Positions 61,791-64,000 of a stretch of DNA of 64,000 nt are shown here, in pieces (position 1 is the stretch's first letter; each line of letters starts with the position of its first letter). A model generated the notes under the pieces. The model did no database searches and was not told where the DNA came from. It worked only from the letters and a program-made list of their open reading frames with translations. Source of the DNA: Eledone cirrhosa (taxonomy: Eukaryota); contig OZ024746.1 of NCBI GenBank assembly GCA_964016885.1, forward strand, positions 41,106,001 to 41,170,000. Direction: 5' to 3'. The position numbers and the translations under genes are program-made.

Positions 61791-62778
61791 TTCACCTATA
61801 TTTATCTTTGTATAAACATGCTAAGATGTATTGTTTTCTTGATATATTTTTGCATATGTACAAATGTGTGTCAGTAGTTGTGTGCATATATGCAAGGACA
61901 CATGAATACATAAATATTTATAAGTGCATATATTGATGGACATGTCTGTGAAATTCTAATGTATATATGCATATTGCTGTTTACTTTGAGACTATCTTGC
62001 TCTCTTCAGTTTCAACATTTCAACTATTTTTATATATTTCTATGTACAAACATTAACATGTATAAAGAAAGCGGTTGAAGTAGTGGGAAAATTTGAAATA
62101 TGTGCATCCCAACATGAATGACCATAATAGTTGTTTCTACTTTTGGCACAAGGCCAGCAATTACCCCAGTGTATTATGGCAGTGAGGAAATTGAGCAGAA
62201 GCCTGTCATATACCATATATACTTGAATATAAGCCAACTTGAATATATGTTGACTCAAATATAAGCTGACCCTACCCTATTTTATAAAATATATATAGTC
62301 AAATAATTGTTTATACTTTTGGCACAAGGCCAGCAAATACCCAGTGTATTACTGGTACTTTATTTTATCGAGCCTGTAAGGATGAAAGGCAAAGTTAACC
62401 GTGACCGGATTTGAACTCAGAATGTAAAGGGCAATAACCCTATGTTGTAAAGCATGGTGTCTGATGATAATAGAAATATAATATGGAAATTAGAATGCTA
62501 CATGCTATTAAGTGGACATGTGATTAAGGAGTTTGCTTTGCAGCCATATTGAGTGACATAGTTTTTGTTAGTTGAATGTAAATGATAAATATATAACATC
62601 TCACCATTTAAGGTTTAGTCCACCTCGTGGTCCCAGTGAAAAGGTTTATTAAAATGTAAATTAATTGATGTTTATTAGCATAATAATTAAAAAATTATTA
62701 ATGGTATGGACACATTTTTATCATTCATTAATTCTCAAATAATTTACTTAATTTTAAATTTGATGATCGTTGGTAATA

Positions 62779-62937
62779 CAGTCAAATTCTGTTATAACGA
62801 AATACATGGATTATAAAAAACGAAAATTCTTTATAACGAGATCGACTGACACAAATCGAGCGTTTGTTTCCTATTACTTCGGGGATGAAAAGAAATTTTG
62901 TTATACTGAAAAATTCGTTATAATGGAATTTTACCTG
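62779..62937. mobile_element. Tigger/pogo-like MITE, second copy
   Basis: TA|cagtcaaattctgttataac ... gttataatggaattttacctg|TA. Confidence 0.8.
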
Positions 62938-63473
62938 TAATATTAAAATTTGTAGCAATATAAACTTACTCATCATTTAACATCCATTTTTCCCTGTTAG
63001 TAAGGGTTGAAATAAATATGTGTCATGATAAATTTACACACATCTATTATAGGGTGTGTGGATGTATTTGGCTCAGTATATGAATATGTATGTGTGTGTG
63101 TGTGAGTATGTGTATCATCATCATCTCTGTTTAATGTCTATTTTTCCATGCTAGCATGGGTCTTGTGAGAAATGCCAAGTCAGGTAACCATGTCTTGCTC
63201 ATACAGAACTGAGTTTGACTTGGTTTCTACAGTTGGATGCTCTTCCTAACACCAACCACATTTACAGTGAGTACTGGGTGCTTTTTGACATGACACCTAC
63301 ATGGTCGCTTTACTGTGTGGGCTGGGTGCTTTTTGTCATGATGCCATCATGACCACTTTACAGTCTGGGGGCTTCTCTAGAAGTGTGCTTCATTTCTCCC
63401 TTTTCTACTTTTCCCTCTTTTTTTTTTTTAAATCTTGCCTGTCTTCGGTGTTTCTCTCTCTTCTCTCTTTTAC

Positions 63474-63510
63474 TATCTTCCAATGAAGGACTAGTGTCTG
63501 AAACGTTAAT
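63474..63510 (+). ncRNA. Decayed minimal hammerhead, same family as 30006-30041
   Basis: tatctt CCAATGA aggactagtgtct GAAAC GTT, compared with tatctt CTGATGA aggactggtgtct GAAAC GTA. Confidence 0.45.
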
Positions 63511-63564
63511 ACTCCAACTATATGGAATTATATTGTTTTTCCTTGTAGACTTGCCTTATAGTAC

Positions 63565-63607
<43 letters not shown>

Positions 63608-64000
63608 ACATCTTCAAAACTAAATATATGTCAGCAGATAAGAATAATCAACCTCTACACCTTACAATATATGATAAACCCATACAAAAAGTTTCAGAAT
63701 TTGTCTATCTAGGTCATAAACTGTCAAGCATGAATGATGGTTCTATTGCAGTTCATCACAAAATAGGCTTTCGACAACAAGTGTTTCAGTTATTCAAACA
63801 ATGGAGTCTGCTCAGGAAATTGATGTGTATGTGGCTGAGCATTTCACTGGCACGTGCACCATTAATGTAATTTCCAGGGAGATTCAATGTGATATTGTGT
63901 GTGACAAGGCTTTAAATTAGAGGCGTGGTCCATCAGACAGGCTTTCTAATAATTTAGTCTATCTAATTTCAATCACAAGACACGGGTCAACCTGAGGCTA

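Overview
AT-rich, microsatellite-dense animal genomic DNA, most likely an octopus or other coleoid cephalopod (inferred from the OR-type CORE SINEs, Meta-domain SINEs and RTE families). One host gene is supported: six coding exons of a TMEM94-like membrane protein on the minus strand (28379 down to 747, phase-compatible GT-AG junctions, continuing past the left edge), with a possible promoter and non-coding first exon near 52.1-52.2 kb. The rest is mostly mobile DNA: an intact L1/Tx1 LINE with a 24-bp TSD inside the 5' end of a non-autonomous Helitron, a decayed hAT (Buster/SPIN-like) transposon, a 5'-truncated RTE LINE with a PHD-like finger inside its RT, SINEs and MITEs. The main signal is a set of short, mostly non-coding elements embedded in (TA)n microsatellites, with the inverted-plus-direct repeat layout of Penelope-like retroelements. 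They carry hand-folded hammerhead ribozymes: three different type I folds with non-canonical cores (U3-A8, A4, C3/A8) and four minimal motifs. One element forms a 660-nt unit bounded by two ribozymes (retrozyme-like). There is also a ~1.4-kb near-spacerless palindrome. All family assignments and folds were made by eye, not computed.
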